Source: a virus (lineage: Duplodnaviria > Heunggongvirae > Uroviricota > Caudoviricetes). From it: 64,000 nt of DNA. The position numbers were made by a program, and so were the translations under genes. Within the stretch, counting starts at the first letter, position 1, and each line of letters opens with the position of its first letter. Shown piece after piece: positions 20,843-30,933 of the stretch. The stretch is taken from the IMG/VR virus record IMGVR_UViG_3300033747_000014; one strand, 5' to 3'. The notes under the pieces were generated by a model. The model was not told the DNA's origin, did no database searches, and saw only the letters and a list, made by a program, of their open reading frames with translations.

Positions 20843-21025
20843 TTATTTACATTGTTTATTAATTTCATCATCATTCATTGACTGCAGGATTCTAAGCATT
20901 GCAGCACCTATTTCCTCAGTAGTTAGATCTGAGTAAATATCACTTACTTCTACAATAGTATCTAAAAATGCTTTTTCAACACCATTGATCCTTCTTTTCG
21001 CTTCTTCTAAATTGTTTATATCCAT
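20843..21025 (-). CDS. hypothetical protein
   Basis: co-oriented ORF. Confidence 0.65.
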   Translation of the reverse strand: MDINNLEEAKRRINGVEKAFLDTIVEVSDIYSDLTTEEIGAAMLRILQSMNDDEINKQCK

Positions 21026-21249
21026 AATATCTATTATTTTTAATTAAGAATTATATAAAAATGATGGAGAAATATTCTCAGCATATCAGTCACTATGACC
21101 TTTTTTAAAACATGCGCTAATGTTCGGTTTTAGTTGGGCACTTATTCGCAGTATGTTATATTTCAAACAGTAATCTCTTATGGCTTGTCTATCACCACCA
21201 ATATATTTATTGGTTAATAAGTTTGAATATTTCCATCATTCTTTGTTTT

Positions 21250-21456
21250 TTATTCAACTACTTTGAAATTAATATTTACAATGCTCAATCCTTCGGTATT
21301 ACTATTCTTTTGCATTGAATCAAGAAATTGTGCTACTGTTGATTGACCAGTTACTTCTACTGCTGGATTATGATGAAAATTAGGTGTTCCATCAATTAAA
21401 TCTTTATATTCTGATAGTATAACAAAAGAATAATCTATAATTGTTTCCATATTCAT
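21250..21456 (-). CDS. hypothetical protein
   Basis: co-oriented ORF. Confidence 0.65.
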   Translation of the reverse strand: MNMETIIDYSFVILSEYKDLIDGTPNFHHNPAVEVTGQSTVAQFLDSMQKNSNTEGLSIVNINFKVVE

Positions 21457-21476
21457 AATATCTATTGTTTTTAGTT

Positions 21477-21779
21477 TTAAAGTGAAGATATTTTAAGCAT
21501 TCTCATTAACTTACATCTTTCAATAAGATTTAAATCATCTGTTTCAAGAAAGAATCTTTGTATATAAGGTTTTTCTTCATCAGTTAGAATAACTTTTCTA
21601 TCCATTATATTTGTGTTGTCAACAATTGCTTGTTCTTCTTCATATTCAATAACATCTTGAGTTATTGAAGTATTGTTTTTTAATTTACTACATTTCTCAC
21701 ATAGTATTGTTATTGGTGTGTCCCAACTTCCTTGATGAGTTGTACTTGCTCCACATTCATCACATCGTAAGTATGCCAT
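21477..21779 (-). CDS. Zn-finger hypothetical protein
   Basis: CDEC...CEKC. Confidence 0.7.
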   Translation of the reverse strand: MAYLRCDECGASTTHQGSWDTPITILCEKCSKLKNNTSITQDVIEYEEEQAIVDNTNIMDRKVILTDEEKPYIQRFFLETDDLNLIERCKLMRMLKISSL

Positions 21780-21810
21780 AATTGTTTTAAATTTTTCATT
21801 TCATTAATTT

Positions 21811-22026
21811 TTAGTTATCCCATATAATAGATCTATACTTACTTTCTATTTTACTATGAAGTGAGTTAGATACTTCCATTTTGTTTCCAAGCGTTTCGTT
21901 TACACATTCAGCAGCAAATCTTTTAGCAACATCTTCTGCATACATTTGCATTAGTTCTGCAGTGGTAAAATTACCCGAAATAGATTTGTAAAACTCTTCT
22001 GCTGTTTTTAATTGATATATCCTCAT
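21811..22026 (-). CDS. hypothetical protein
   Basis: co-oriented ORF. Confidence 0.65.
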   Translation of the reverse strand: MRIYQLKTAEEFYKSISGNFTTAELMQMYAEDVAKRFAAECVNETLGNKMEVSNSLHSKIESKYRSIIWDN

Positions 22027-22031
22027 TTTAT

Positions 22032-23084
22032 TTATTTAATATTACATAATTTAATTGCTTTTAATAACGCATTTACTCGTGATTCCTCAATTGTATCAGT
22101 AGTCCCTGAATAACATTTTTCAGAAGTTGTTCCATCATTTTCTATGCATACTTGCCAATAGGAATTTAGATATCCAGATAAAAAAAATCCACTGTATTTT
22201 ACAATAATATTTTTTTCTTCTCTAAAAAAATCAATAGCTTGTTGCCATAGTGGTGCTGAAATTAAAGTTTCACTACTATTATAATTAATCCACTTTGCTT
22301 CAGATGCTAAAGTTTTATCCTGAAAATAGGAATATAAACATTCATCATCAAACCCCAATTCTTTAAGTTTTGATGCTATTTCATATGTTACAACATGTTG
22401 TTGAGCAATGATTTGAGATTCATCCCAAACACTTTTAGGAATACCATATGCTTTTAATTCGATATCTAAATTTGTTTCTTCTGGAATATTAATATCGATA
22501 GTACCATCCCAATTAATATTTAACCATTTAATAATATCTGGATGATTTTCATCACCTTCTTTAAAACTTCTACCATCGGGAAAACCCATATCTTCTTCAA
22601 CACCAACAAACTCAGGTATTTCATTGTTTTCATCAATATATTCAATTAACATATCAATTGAATCATCAGATATTTCAGGTAATGATGTAATTGTTTTTAC
22701 ACCTTTATGATTACCATCTGGATATTTCTCATGATACATTATCTCAAGGAATTGATTTGTTGATGCAACAATTTTCCAAACCCTATTATCCTTAACTCTT
22801 TTTAATTCATCACCTTTAGGTGTGGCAATACCAACATGACTATCAGATGAATCATAAAACCTATATACCAAATCACCTTCATTTATTTCAGCTTCAGTAT
22901 CAACTAATAAGAAGTGACATTTTTTTAAATGTGAATATGTCATATGAGCATTCGACCAACTATCAATCACTTTTTGAGTTAAAATGAATATTGGTTTTAT
23001 GTGTCCATATTCTGTATTTATCACAATATCACCATCTTTAGGTGTTTCTTGAGATTCGAATAATATGAGTTTTAAGTTTTTCAT
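22032..23084 (-). CDS. two-module hypothetical protein
   Basis: N-terminus like 6171/23259; C-terminus (LKELGF...SAPLWQQAIDFFRE) like 2776. Confidence 0.8.
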   Translation of the reverse strand: MKNLKLILFESQETPKDGDIVINTEYGHIKPIFILTQKVIDSWSNAHMTYSHLKKCHFLLVDTEAEINEGDLVYRFYDSSDSHVGIATPKGDELKRVKDNRVWKIVASTNQFLEIMYHEKYPDGNHKGVKTITSLPEISDDSIDMLIEYIDENNEIPEFVGVEEDMGFPDGRSFKEGDENHPDIIKWLNINWDGTIDINIPEETNLDIELKAYGIPKSVWDESQIIAQQHVVTYEIASKLKELGFDDECLYSYFQDKTLASEAKWINYNSSETLISAPLWQQAIDFFREEKNIIVKYSGFFLSGYLNSYWQVCIENDGTTSEKCYSGTTDTIEESRVNALLKAIKLCNIK

Positions 23085-23258
23085 TAAGATATTATTTAGT
23101 GTTCCAATTGTTTTGAATATTCAATATTTTAAATCCATGTTTAGATGCTGATTTTCCATAATCCTTTGTTGCTAAAATTTTATCTTTTTCAATATGATAT
23201 GCAAATGTATCTTCATAACATTCATCATATATAATTGGAATTAATTTAATAGTGTACT

Positions 23259-24002
23259 TCATTTAGTGTTATTTTTTAACCATTTCATTGGTGTAATGTA
23301 TTTACCCCCACTATAAACATATTCATTAAGATACTTTTGCATATTACGACACATTTCATCATATGTATATGTTTTTTCTTCTTGATTGTTTCTTTTTGGG
23401 AATATTACTTCTTTATCTTCATCAGACAAATTTAACCATCCATTATAAAAATCTGATTTTTCTTCAACAATATCAACGAAACCGTTAACTAGTTTTGGAT
23501 GAAATTTATATATTGACATATCTGAATTTGACTCATTATTACTTGGACTACAGGGTAATAATGTTTTACCATGTAAAGCTAATAATTCACCTTTAATCTC
23601 AATATCTTTAACATTACCGTTATTAAATTCTTCAATAAATCTTTCAATATATTCTGGTGATAGTTGGTCATGAGTTGCAATTACTTTTGCACAATCAGAT
23701 ACAATAAATCTCAAATTATCATTTGGTAGACCAAACATATCTTCACATATAATAGTTTTAGTTAAACCATTTTCAACAAAATGACTTACAGTGAATATTT
23801 GATTTCTACCAACATGATATATTTTATCCTTAACGTTGATTTTCACATTTCCATCTAAACTAATTAGAATGATTTCTTTATGACCCCAAGCAGCTTCAAA
23901 TGGTTTAGTTAATACTAACCTATTTGAATTATCATCAAGTACAATTACTGATGATTTGTCTGTTGTGTCTACAAATACTGGTTTCACTCTCATTGTTTTC
24001 AT
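23259..24002 (-). CDS. hypothetical protein, paralog of 6171/22032
   Basis: CAKVIATHD motif. Confidence 0.8.
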   Translation of the reverse strand: MKTMRVKPVFVDTTDKSSVIVLDDNSNRLVLTKPFEAAWGHKEIILISLDGNVKINVKDKIYHVGRNQIFTVSHFVENGLTKTIICEDMFGLPNDNLRFIVSDCAKVIATHDQLSPEYIERFIEEFNNGNVKDIEIKGELLALHGKTLLPCSPSNNESNSDMSIYKFHPKLVNGFVDIVEEKSDFYNGWLNLSDEDKEVIFPKRNNQEEKTYTYDEMCRNMQKYLNEYVYSGGKYITPMKWLKNNTK

Positions 24003-24072
24003 AGTATAATCTTTTATTTAGTTTTTTACTTCAATACAAATATATGATAAAATAATTTACTATGCAAATTAT

Positions 24073-24375
24073 TTACAATATTGTTGAAAGTTTAAAAACC
24101 AACCAAACAATAACATGAGTTCCATTAAACGCTAAAAATATTTGTGTTGGCATATTATATCCCAAAAGTTCGTCTTTAAAAATATAACTGTAAATATTAT
24201 CTGTCCACATAGATTTCTTTTTTTGTATATTTATTTTAAATTTAAAAAAATTATATACCCATATGGATAAAAATAATAAATTTAAAATAATATACAAAGC
24301 CAATAATACTTTACTTTCGATATGACCACCACCATTCATTGGTATTGGTATTATTACTTGATTAAATATTCCCAT
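24073..24375 (-). CDS. membrane protein
   Basis: two hydrophobic segments. Confidence 0.7.
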   Translation of the reverse strand: MGIFNQVIIPIPMNGGGHIESKVLLALYIILNLLFLSIWVYNFFKFKINIQKKKSMWTDNIYSYIFKDELLGYNMPTQIFLAFNGTHVIVWLVFKLSTIL

Positions 24376-24402
24376 TAAATTAAATGTTTAAAATTTACTT
24401 GA

Positions 24403-24891
24403 TTAATCACCATCTTGTTGTATTAATGGTAGTACCTTATTAGCATCAATTACTTTAATTCTTTTCTTTAATTCATCTAAACTTTCATGAAGCAATTCTT
24501 CTCTATTTAAATTATAATAATGATCTTCTATTTTACATAATAGTTTCCATGCTAATCCGCTTTGTATTTTTTTACGCATATCATCAATTTTCTTATAATA
24601 TGCATCATAATCTTCAGGGGATTTTATTTTTAGTATTTTTGAATTATTTGGGTCTAGTTTAATATTATGTTTTTCACACAAAGCATTATATTCATTTTCA
24701 CTAATATTATGATAATCTTTCCACAATAATTTCTGAAGTTTATCTTTTCTTTCAAGTTTTGATTTTACTTCTTTAACTTTATTATATGCTTCCTCTGTTA
24801 ATCTTTCAGCTTCTTCTCTACTTGTTGCAAAGAACCAATTAGCTGTTGTGTAACCTTGACATTCAAATGTGCTTAGTGTGTATAATTTCAT
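24403..24891 (-). CDS. hypothetical coiled-coil protein
   Basis: ORF downstream of a promoter at ~24920-24950. Confidence 0.75.
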   Translation of the reverse strand: MKLYTLSTFECQGYTTANWFFATSREEAERLTEEAYNKVKEVKSKLERKDKLQKLLWKDYHNISENEYNALCEKHNIKLDPNNSKILKIKSPEDYDAYYKKIDDMRKKIQSGLAWKLLCKIEDHYYNLNREELLHESLDELKKRIKVIDANKVLPLIQQDGD

Positions 24892-25000
24892 AAGTATTAT
24901 TTATTCCTTTATTATCTATTACAAAGATATAACATTGATCTATATAATCCTAATTATTTATGTTAATAATTCCTAATAAATATATATTTTAAATTTAAAA

Positions 25001-25189
25001 TAAACAAAGCTGTCCCCAAGTGGAATTATTAAGACACCATGTATGGACGTTTAAAGCTAGCGTATTCCGCAAACTTCTTAATAACCTTACAATAAATACA
25101 CTATTCACTTGGTAATGATATTGGATTTTTATCAGTAACCCACACATTCTACATAATATCATCTTATTTATTGTAAGCAGCTTTGTTTA
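25001..25189 (-). ncRNA. candidate ~190-nt multibranch structured RNA; strand inferred from neighbours
   Basis: nested perfect helices 25001-12/25178-89, 25086-98/25165-77 and 25026-34/25076-84; no ORF. Confidence 0.55.
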
Positions 25190-25215
25190 ATAATTATTTT
25201 ATATAAAAAACTTCT

Positions 25216-25350
25216 CTATGATATTAATAAATATATGATCCAAAGAACTTGTAAAATATTTGCTAATATTGGATATATTATCTTAATTTTTTCATATCCA
25301 TACAAAATCCATAAGGTTAATGCTAAAATCATTAATAGTAGTGAAATCAT
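25216..25350 (-). CDS. 44-aa two-TM peptide (not in the ORF track)
   Basis: hand translation MISLLLMILALTLWILYGYEKIKIIYPILANILQVLWIIYLLIS. Confidence 0.5.
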   Translation of the reverse strand: MISLLLMILALTLWILYGYEKIKIIYPILANILQVLWIIYLLIS

Positions 25351-25387
25351 AATAACTCTTTTTGTTTAATTATTAATATTGTTTATA

Positions 25388-25888
25388 TTATCTACCAATT
25401 GGATTATTATAATAACGATATGTATTATTATTAGATTTAGGTTTCTCTATTTCAAACTCATATTTGGGGTCAGGTTTATTAAAATAATTATGAAATGATT
25501 TCAACACAAAATAAATCTTATCGTATAACATTTTTTCATTATATATTGATGTCCCATATGGTTTAATGATTAATTTAGTGTAATTATCATCAACATAGAC
25601 TGTAAAAATACCTTTATATTCAGTAGTAAAACTTTCACTATTAAAATAATCTATAACATATTTACCTTTAAAAACACCATATTCTTTATCACTGTATTGA
25701 ATAACTGTTTTTGATGAATTAAAAACATCAACAGCCCATAAATTACATTCAACGAATAATGAATCTTTTGATTTATTAACATTTATCTCTGTGGAATATT
25801 CTGCATCTGACAAAATGGATGTGCTAACACAACTCATCTGAGTTAATGTTAAAATCAGTAAACTAATTATTAATATAGTTTTATTCAT
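25388..25888 (-). CDS. lipoprotein, DUF4468-like
   Basis: signal peptide ending in QMSC; SKDSLF..W....F.SSKTVIQYSDKE.G..KG motif. Confidence 0.65.
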   Translation of the reverse strand: MNKTILIISLLILTLTQMSCVSTSILSDAEYSTEINVNKSKDSLFVECNLWAVDVFNSSKTVIQYSDKEYGVFKGKYVIDYFNSESFTTEYKGIFTVYVDDNYTKLIIKPYGTSIYNEKMLYDKIYFVLKSFHNYFNKPDPKYEFEIEKPKSNNNTYRYYNNPIGR

Positions 25889-25893
25889 AGTAC

Positions 25894-26391
25894 TTATTGT
25901 TTTTGTTTATAATTAAGATTTATACCAATTGTAAAATATATTCTTTGTATAGTTCCTGTACCCATAGTAATACTTGTATCGTGTTGTGATAATGTTAACT
26001 GAATACCACCATTCATTTTACCCTCTCTATATGTTACTATATTACCATATATTTGTTCAGACACCACATATCCAATTTTGGGTGTTATATAAATTAATGG
26101 TTTATACCCTGAAGGATTCGATAATTTGAAATTAACACCAACATTACCACCATACCAATGAAGATTATCTTTATCATTATTATATTCTCTTAATGAATTA
26201 GAATAATCTAAATGTAACCAATTATAATCAATTGAAAACATAAAAGCAGCTTCATCATCCACTTCAAGAATTTCAGATTCAATATAATTTGTGGTAATAC
26301 CCATTGAAAAGAAATTGATTTCTTTTTGTGCATCCACAGTATTTATTATACCAACAAATGCAATCATCAATAATAAAATAATTTTCTTCAT
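25894..26391 (-). CDS. secreted/outer-membrane beta-barrel-like protein
   Basis: MKKIILLL..AF signal peptide; amphipathic beta strands; aromatic C-terminal strand. Confidence 0.6.
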   Translation of the reverse strand: MKKIILLLMIAFVGIINTVDAQKEINFFSMGITTNYIESEILEVDDEAAFMFSIDYNWLHLDYSNSLREYNNDKDNLHWYGGNVGVNFKLSNPSGYKPLIYITPKIGYVVSEQIYGNIVTYREGKMNGGIQLTLSQHDTSITMGTGTIQRIYFTIGINLNYKQKQ

Positions 26392-27182
26392 AATGCTTCT
26401 TTTTATTTAATTATTAATACTTATTTAATTATTACTCTGCAAACATAACACATTTATTTTTACCATGCAAATATTTTATAAGAAAAAATTCCCATAGAAG
26501 AAAAATAATTATTATCTATGAATATTAATTATTCCTATAACTATAATAAGAATAATGATTAGTCACCATATAAACCATTTTTAAGCCATATAAGAACATT
26601 TATCTATATATCCACACAAAGATACCCATAGAACTTTTTTATGAAACTATCATTACTATATTATACAAATATAACCCATAGAAGATAATATATTATCCAT
26701 ACTAATCATTTTTCCCCTATATAGATATTATTTTATCTATTACTATTTTTGACCATATTTTAATCATAACAATGATTAGTTTTTAATCATAATTTATATT
26801 GATTATTATCTTTACTATATTTTGTTTATTTTTTAATCATTTATCGTCTATCTGTACTAAAACCCTATTTATTTGTACTAAACCCATTATATATCTATTT
26901 ATTAAGTAGTTAGGGATATATATTCTAATTCGTTGAAATAGAGGGGGATATAGGCACATTGTACAGTATTTTAAATTTAAAATATATTAAAATAGTTATT
27001 TAGTTGATTATTAGGGGTTTATGACGAGAATATGTAAACATTGTACAGTATTAGGTGGTTGAAAATGGTTAATAGTGGTTGAAAATGGGGTTCCCCCACC
27101 CAGAGCATTTCATCCATAATTAAAATTATGTTTATTAAAATTATAAAAAATTATATTAAATAGAATTATGATAAACAAAAAA

Positions 27183-27213
27183 ATCCCCTATAGATATTTT
27201 TTCTATAGGGGAT
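27183..27213. terminator. intrinsic terminator
   Basis: ATCCCCTATAGA/TCTATAGGGGAT stem flanked by A/T tracts. Confidence 0.8.
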
Positions 27214-27233
27214 AAAAAGAGTAGACAAAAAAA

Positions 27234-28574
27234 TTAAATTAAATTTTTATTAACAAGATTGTAAAGATAATCACCCATAATTTTAATAGTTGTTTCAGCA
27301 TCTACCCTATTTTTAAAGACTACATCAGTTACAGAAGGATCTTCAACACAACTCATAACAAGAAATTTATTTTGATGACCATCATAAACAATAACAGATC
27401 CATTACAATTTGGGTTAGAATAATCAAAAGACCAACCATTATTAAGGTCTTTGGCAATTACATTAAGTAGGTGTAATGCTTTTTCTTTTTTATTTGCAAA
27501 TCCAAAATATTCAACATCTAATTTATCAGTATATTTTCTTCTTTGGATTTTATACCAATGGTCATGGGTAGTTTTTTTAGATTTAGAAACAAAGAAATCT
27601 CCAATAGAATGTTTTTTGTTATATTGTTTATTTTTATTTTCAATACTAATTAGGATATTTTTAAATTTATCTTTAGAGATTATATCCTTGATATATTTAT
27701 TAGTATTATCAATTAGGAAGAAATAGCAATCATCATCAGGATGGATTATTTCATCATATTGATTAATATGAGCATCTAAATACCATTTATCATTAAGAAC
27801 ATCATAGATTTTAATTGATATATTATTTTTATATTTAAAATAAAGATTTAGATTATCAGAATCAAAACTAAAAGATCCTAAAACATTATCAGGATATTTC
27901 TTTTTAAATTCTTTAATTAGATAACCAACATATTCTTCTTCTTTGATAGGTTTAAAATCCCAATAATTATTACTAAATTCAAGATAATCACTAATATTAT
28001 CTTTATAGAAACATCTACCACTAAATAATATTGTATTATCAACTAAATGCCCAACGTATTTAATATATTTAGAATTTTCAATAATCCATCTTTGTCTGTC
28101 ATACTTACTGGAGAACCAGTTCCAAAAGATATTATTATCTTTGGCAAAATTAACTGGTTTGTTTATATACAGATCAACATCACCAATATTTAAAATAGGG
28201 TGATTAATAGGAACACCATATAAGATTTGGTCTTCATCATAAATTTGAACACCATCAAAAGTAGTAAAAATAGTTTTTTTCCCTATATCACTAAGATCGG
28301 TAATATTTGTTAAATCCCAATTAGATATATTTAATTTTTTAAATAATCCATTAGGAGTAGTAGCAAAAGCCAATGATGAAGAAAAATTAATAGAAGAACC
28401 GCCAAGATGTGTTTTATCTTCTTTTTTAGTATTATTAACGACTCTAAACATATCAGGGTTAAGAGTAATTAGTCTTCGAGTAACTGGAGTATTAGTTCCG
28501 TTAATATTAATAACATCACCTATTTTAATTTTCTTTTGTGATTCGATGAAAAAGTATTCAATATTATCCTTCAT
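27234..28574 (-). CDS. modular hypothetical protein (FxTxDGV family)
   Basis: 446 aa; shared modules. Confidence 0.85.
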   Translation of the reverse strand: MKDNIEYFFIESQKKIKIGDVININGTNTPVTRRLITLNPDMFRVVNNTKKEDKTHLGGSSINFSSSLAFATTPNGLFKKLNISNWDLTNITDLSDIGKKTIFTTFDGVQIYDEDQILYGVPINHPILNIGDVDLYINKPVNFAKDNNIFWNWFSSKYDRQRWIIENSKYIKYVGHLVDNTILFSGRCFYKDNISDYLEFSNNYWDFKPIKEEEYVGYLIKEFKKKYPDNVLGSFSFDSDNLNLYFKYKNNISIKIYDVLNDKWYLDAHINQYDEIIHPDDDCYFFLIDNTNKYIKDIISKDKFKNILISIENKNKQYNKKHSIGDFFVSKSKKTTHDHWYKIQRRKYTDKLDVEYFGFANKKEKALHLLNVIAKDLNNGWSFDYSNPNCNGSVIVYDGHQNKFLVMSCVEDPSVTDVVFKNRVDAETTIKIMGDYLYNLVNKNLI

Positions 28575-28613
28575 AATGTACAGTATTTTAAATTTAAAGT
28601 TGATTTAATTAGG

Positions 28614-28687
28614 TGGGCCTAGTAGGACTTGAACCTACGACCTTAATATTATGAGTATTCTGCTCTAACCAACTGAGCTATAGGCCC
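28614..28687 (-). tRNA. trnI: tRNA-CAT, most likely Ile2 (lysidine) rather than Met
   Basis: GGGCCTA acceptor, GCTC/GAGC D-arm, loop CTCATAA, GTAGGTTCAAGTCCTAC T-arm, A73; CCA not encoded. Confidence 0.9.
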
Positions 28688-28749
28688 TAATTATTTATTA
28701 ATACAAAAGTAATATAATATATTTTAATAAACAATAAATAAATTTATAA

Positions 28750-29322
28750 TTAGGATAATTTCTTTAATTTGAATAAAAATAGTTTAATAATATCGACTGC
28801 TCTATCTGCAGTGGATTTAGATTTAAAGACTACATCAATAAGAGCAAGATCAGTAATTTTATCAACAGTAAAATCAGACATAATAATAAATTTATCATTA
28901 TGTTCAGTTGGTTTCCATTCACCATTTAAATGTTTACTAATAACCATAAGGAATTTATGAATGGATATATTATCAGTTAGACTATAATCTTCGGCATTTG
29001 AAGTAATATAATTATATAAGTCTTTTTCTGCTTCTTCTAATGTTTTGAATAGGTAAGTATTTTTATAATAAGTATAATTATATTTATCAATTATGACACT
29101 ATTAATACGCAAATAATCATATTCCACATAATAATAACGATAATCAGGATAGATATTAGTACCATTAATGGTTCTAAATAGTTTTTCTTCGATTTCTGTA
29201 AAGATTTCTGGGTTATTATCTATAACATCTTTAGTAAGGGTAAATTTAAGGTTATTATAGATAATTTCATCACCAATAGTGAATACTTTATTCTCTGGAT
29301 GAAATTTATAAGTTTTAGACAT
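28750..29322 (-). CDS. modular hypothetical protein (FxTxDGV family)
   Basis: shares N- and C-terminal modules with 27234. Confidence 0.8.
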   Translation of the reverse strand: MSKTYKFHPENKVFTIGDEIIYNNLKFTLTKDVIDNNPEIFTEIEEKLFRTINGTNIYPDYRYYYVEYDYLRINSVIIDKYNYTYYKNTYLFKTLEEAEKDLYNYITSNAEDYSLTDNISIHKFLMVISKHLNGEWKPTEHNDKFIIMSDFTVDKITDLALIDVVFKSKSTADRAVDIIKLFLFKLKKLS

Positions 29323-29350
29323 AATGTACAGTTTTTTAAATTTAGATTAG

Positions 29351-29422
29351 TACACCCTGTAGGAATCGAACCTACATCTTGAGATTAGAAGTCACACGTT
29401 CTATCCGTTGAACTAAGGGTGT
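29351..29422 (-). tRNA. trnR: tRNA-Arg(TCT)
   Basis: ACACCCT/AGGGTGT acceptor, loop CTTCTAA, GTAGGTTCGATTCCTAC T-arm; CCA not encoded. Confidence 0.92.
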
Positions 29423-29548
29423 ATATTTTAATTGTGGTACAAATATAGTAATAATGTACAGTAAAAACAAATAGTTTTTTTAAAGATATACCCAATAAGA
29501 TATAAAATAATATTTAAATTTAAAATTATATTCTATTGGGTATAATAA

Positions 29549-29731
29549 CTATTTATTAAAATTAGAATATTTATCTTCCAACCATTTAATATATTCATGG
29601 ACTTTATACAAATGTTCAGCATCATCCTCATCCAATACATCTTCCATAAGATAATTTAATATTGATATATCAGGGGTAAACCCAACATCTCTATTAAAAT
29701 CTCTAATAATATCGTTTCTATTTTTAATCAT
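29549..29731 (-). CDS. hypothetical protein
   Basis: co-oriented ORF. Confidence 0.6.
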   Translation of the reverse strand: MIKNRNDIIRDFNRDVGFTPDISILNYLMEDVLDEDDAEHLYKVHEYIKWLEDKYSNFNK

Positions 29732-29750
29732 AATATTTTAAATTTAGTTA

Positions 29751-29945
29751 TTATTCAGATTGGAAACCATCTTTAATAGATTGCACAACAGGTTTAGACC
29801 ATTGAACAACATATAGGGCAGTTTCTTTTGATGATACACCTACGTTGTACCAAATACCTTTCTCATTAGTTTGTGACTTGTTATAGGCTTTAAAACCAAC
29901 AACAATAACAAAAACCAGTAGGATTAATTTAATAATATTTTTCAT
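29751..29945 (-). CDS. small membrane-anchored protein
   Basis: N-terminal TM segment; ACTGTACATT leader. Confidence 0.7.
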   Translation of the reverse strand: MKNIIKLILLVFVIVVGFKAYNKSQTNEKGIWYNVGVSSKETALYVVQWSKPVVQSIKDGFQSE

Positions 29946-29965
29946 ATAATGTACAGTTTTTAAAT

Positions 29966-30205
29966 TTAAAATAAATCAATTGATATTCTATAAAGGATTT
30001 CAGTTTCCAATTCAAATTTAATTTCATGGTATTGGTCTAACCAATATTTTTGATTGCTCATATTGAACAATTCTTTTAATTTGATTGATTTGTTAGCGTA
30101 ATATGGTTTTTTCATATTACCCACTTTTTTTAATTCAATGTACAGTTCTTTTAATAATTCATTAGAATAAGAACTAATAGTAATTTTCAACCATTCATCT
30201 TTCAT
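29966..30205 (-). CDS. hypothetical protein
   Basis: co-oriented ORF. Confidence 0.65.
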   Translation of the reverse strand: MKDEWLKITISSYSNELLKELYIELKKVGNMKKPYYANKSIKLKELFNMSNQKYWLDQYHEIKFELETEILYRISIDLF

Positions 30206-30219
30206 AGTGAAATTTAAAT

Positions 30220-30540
30220 TTAAAATTCGATAAAATTTGGTTGATAACCCATTGATCCACCATTAAATATCATACGATCAACAACATCTTTACGGGTAAT
30301 AATAACATATTTATAACCATCATACTCAAAAGATGTATCATTTTTAGTATATAGATACTCATGAGTTTTAGTATCAAACGGGGCACGATTTCTTTCAATA
30401 ATATCATCTGAGCAATTAAAAGCTAAATCTCTTAATACATTTTTAGCTTCTTTAATTGAATAACATTCATCAATAAGTTCCCATTTACGGTTGAATCCTG
30501 ATTGATTGCCATGATTAGATTTGATTACATAACATTTCAT
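30220..30540 (-). CDS. hypothetical protein
   Basis: ACTGTACATT leader. Confidence 0.75.
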   Translation of the reverse strand: MKCYVIKSNHGNQSGFNRKWELIDECYSIKEAKNVLRDLAFNCSDDIIERNRAPFDTKTHEYLYTKNDTSFEYDGYKYVIITRKDVVDRMIFNGGSMGYQPNFIEF

Positions 30541-30558
30541 AATGTACAGTTTTTAAAT

Positions 30559-30933
30559 TTAAAATTCAGAAATTCTTTCAGCTACAATATTAAAATCATA
30601 ATTTATATAATAAGGGATCATTTCTTGAACATCATCATTATCAATATCGAAATCGAGGTCAAACATATTTTCAAATTTCTCAATATTAATATTAATAGAA
30701 AACAATATTACAATATAATCTTTATATAGATCATTTGAAGCATCACCAAATTCATCATATTCAAATCCTATTGCACCATAATAATCAGTAAATGCCCGTT
30801 TAAAATCAGAATGCCAATCACCTTCAACATTTGTATCAATGGGGAAATGTTGATTTTCATCATCAATATCTCTACCATTAACCCAAACACAATAAACTAT
30901 AATATTTTCTTTTTTCTTATTCATAATGTACAA
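30559..30933 (-). CDS. hypothetical acidic protein
   Basis: co-oriented ORF. Confidence 0.75.
   Translation of the reverse strand: MYIMNKKKENIIVYCVWVNGRDIDDENQHFPIDTNVEGDWHSDFKRAFTDYYGAIGFEYDEFGDASNDLYKDYIVILFSININIEKFENMFDLDFDIDNDDVQEMIPYYINYDFNIVAERISEF

Noticed and set aside
25001-25189. Retron msr-msd call
   Set aside because: No reverse transcriptase in the window and no clear branching-G context; kept only as an unclassified ncRNA.
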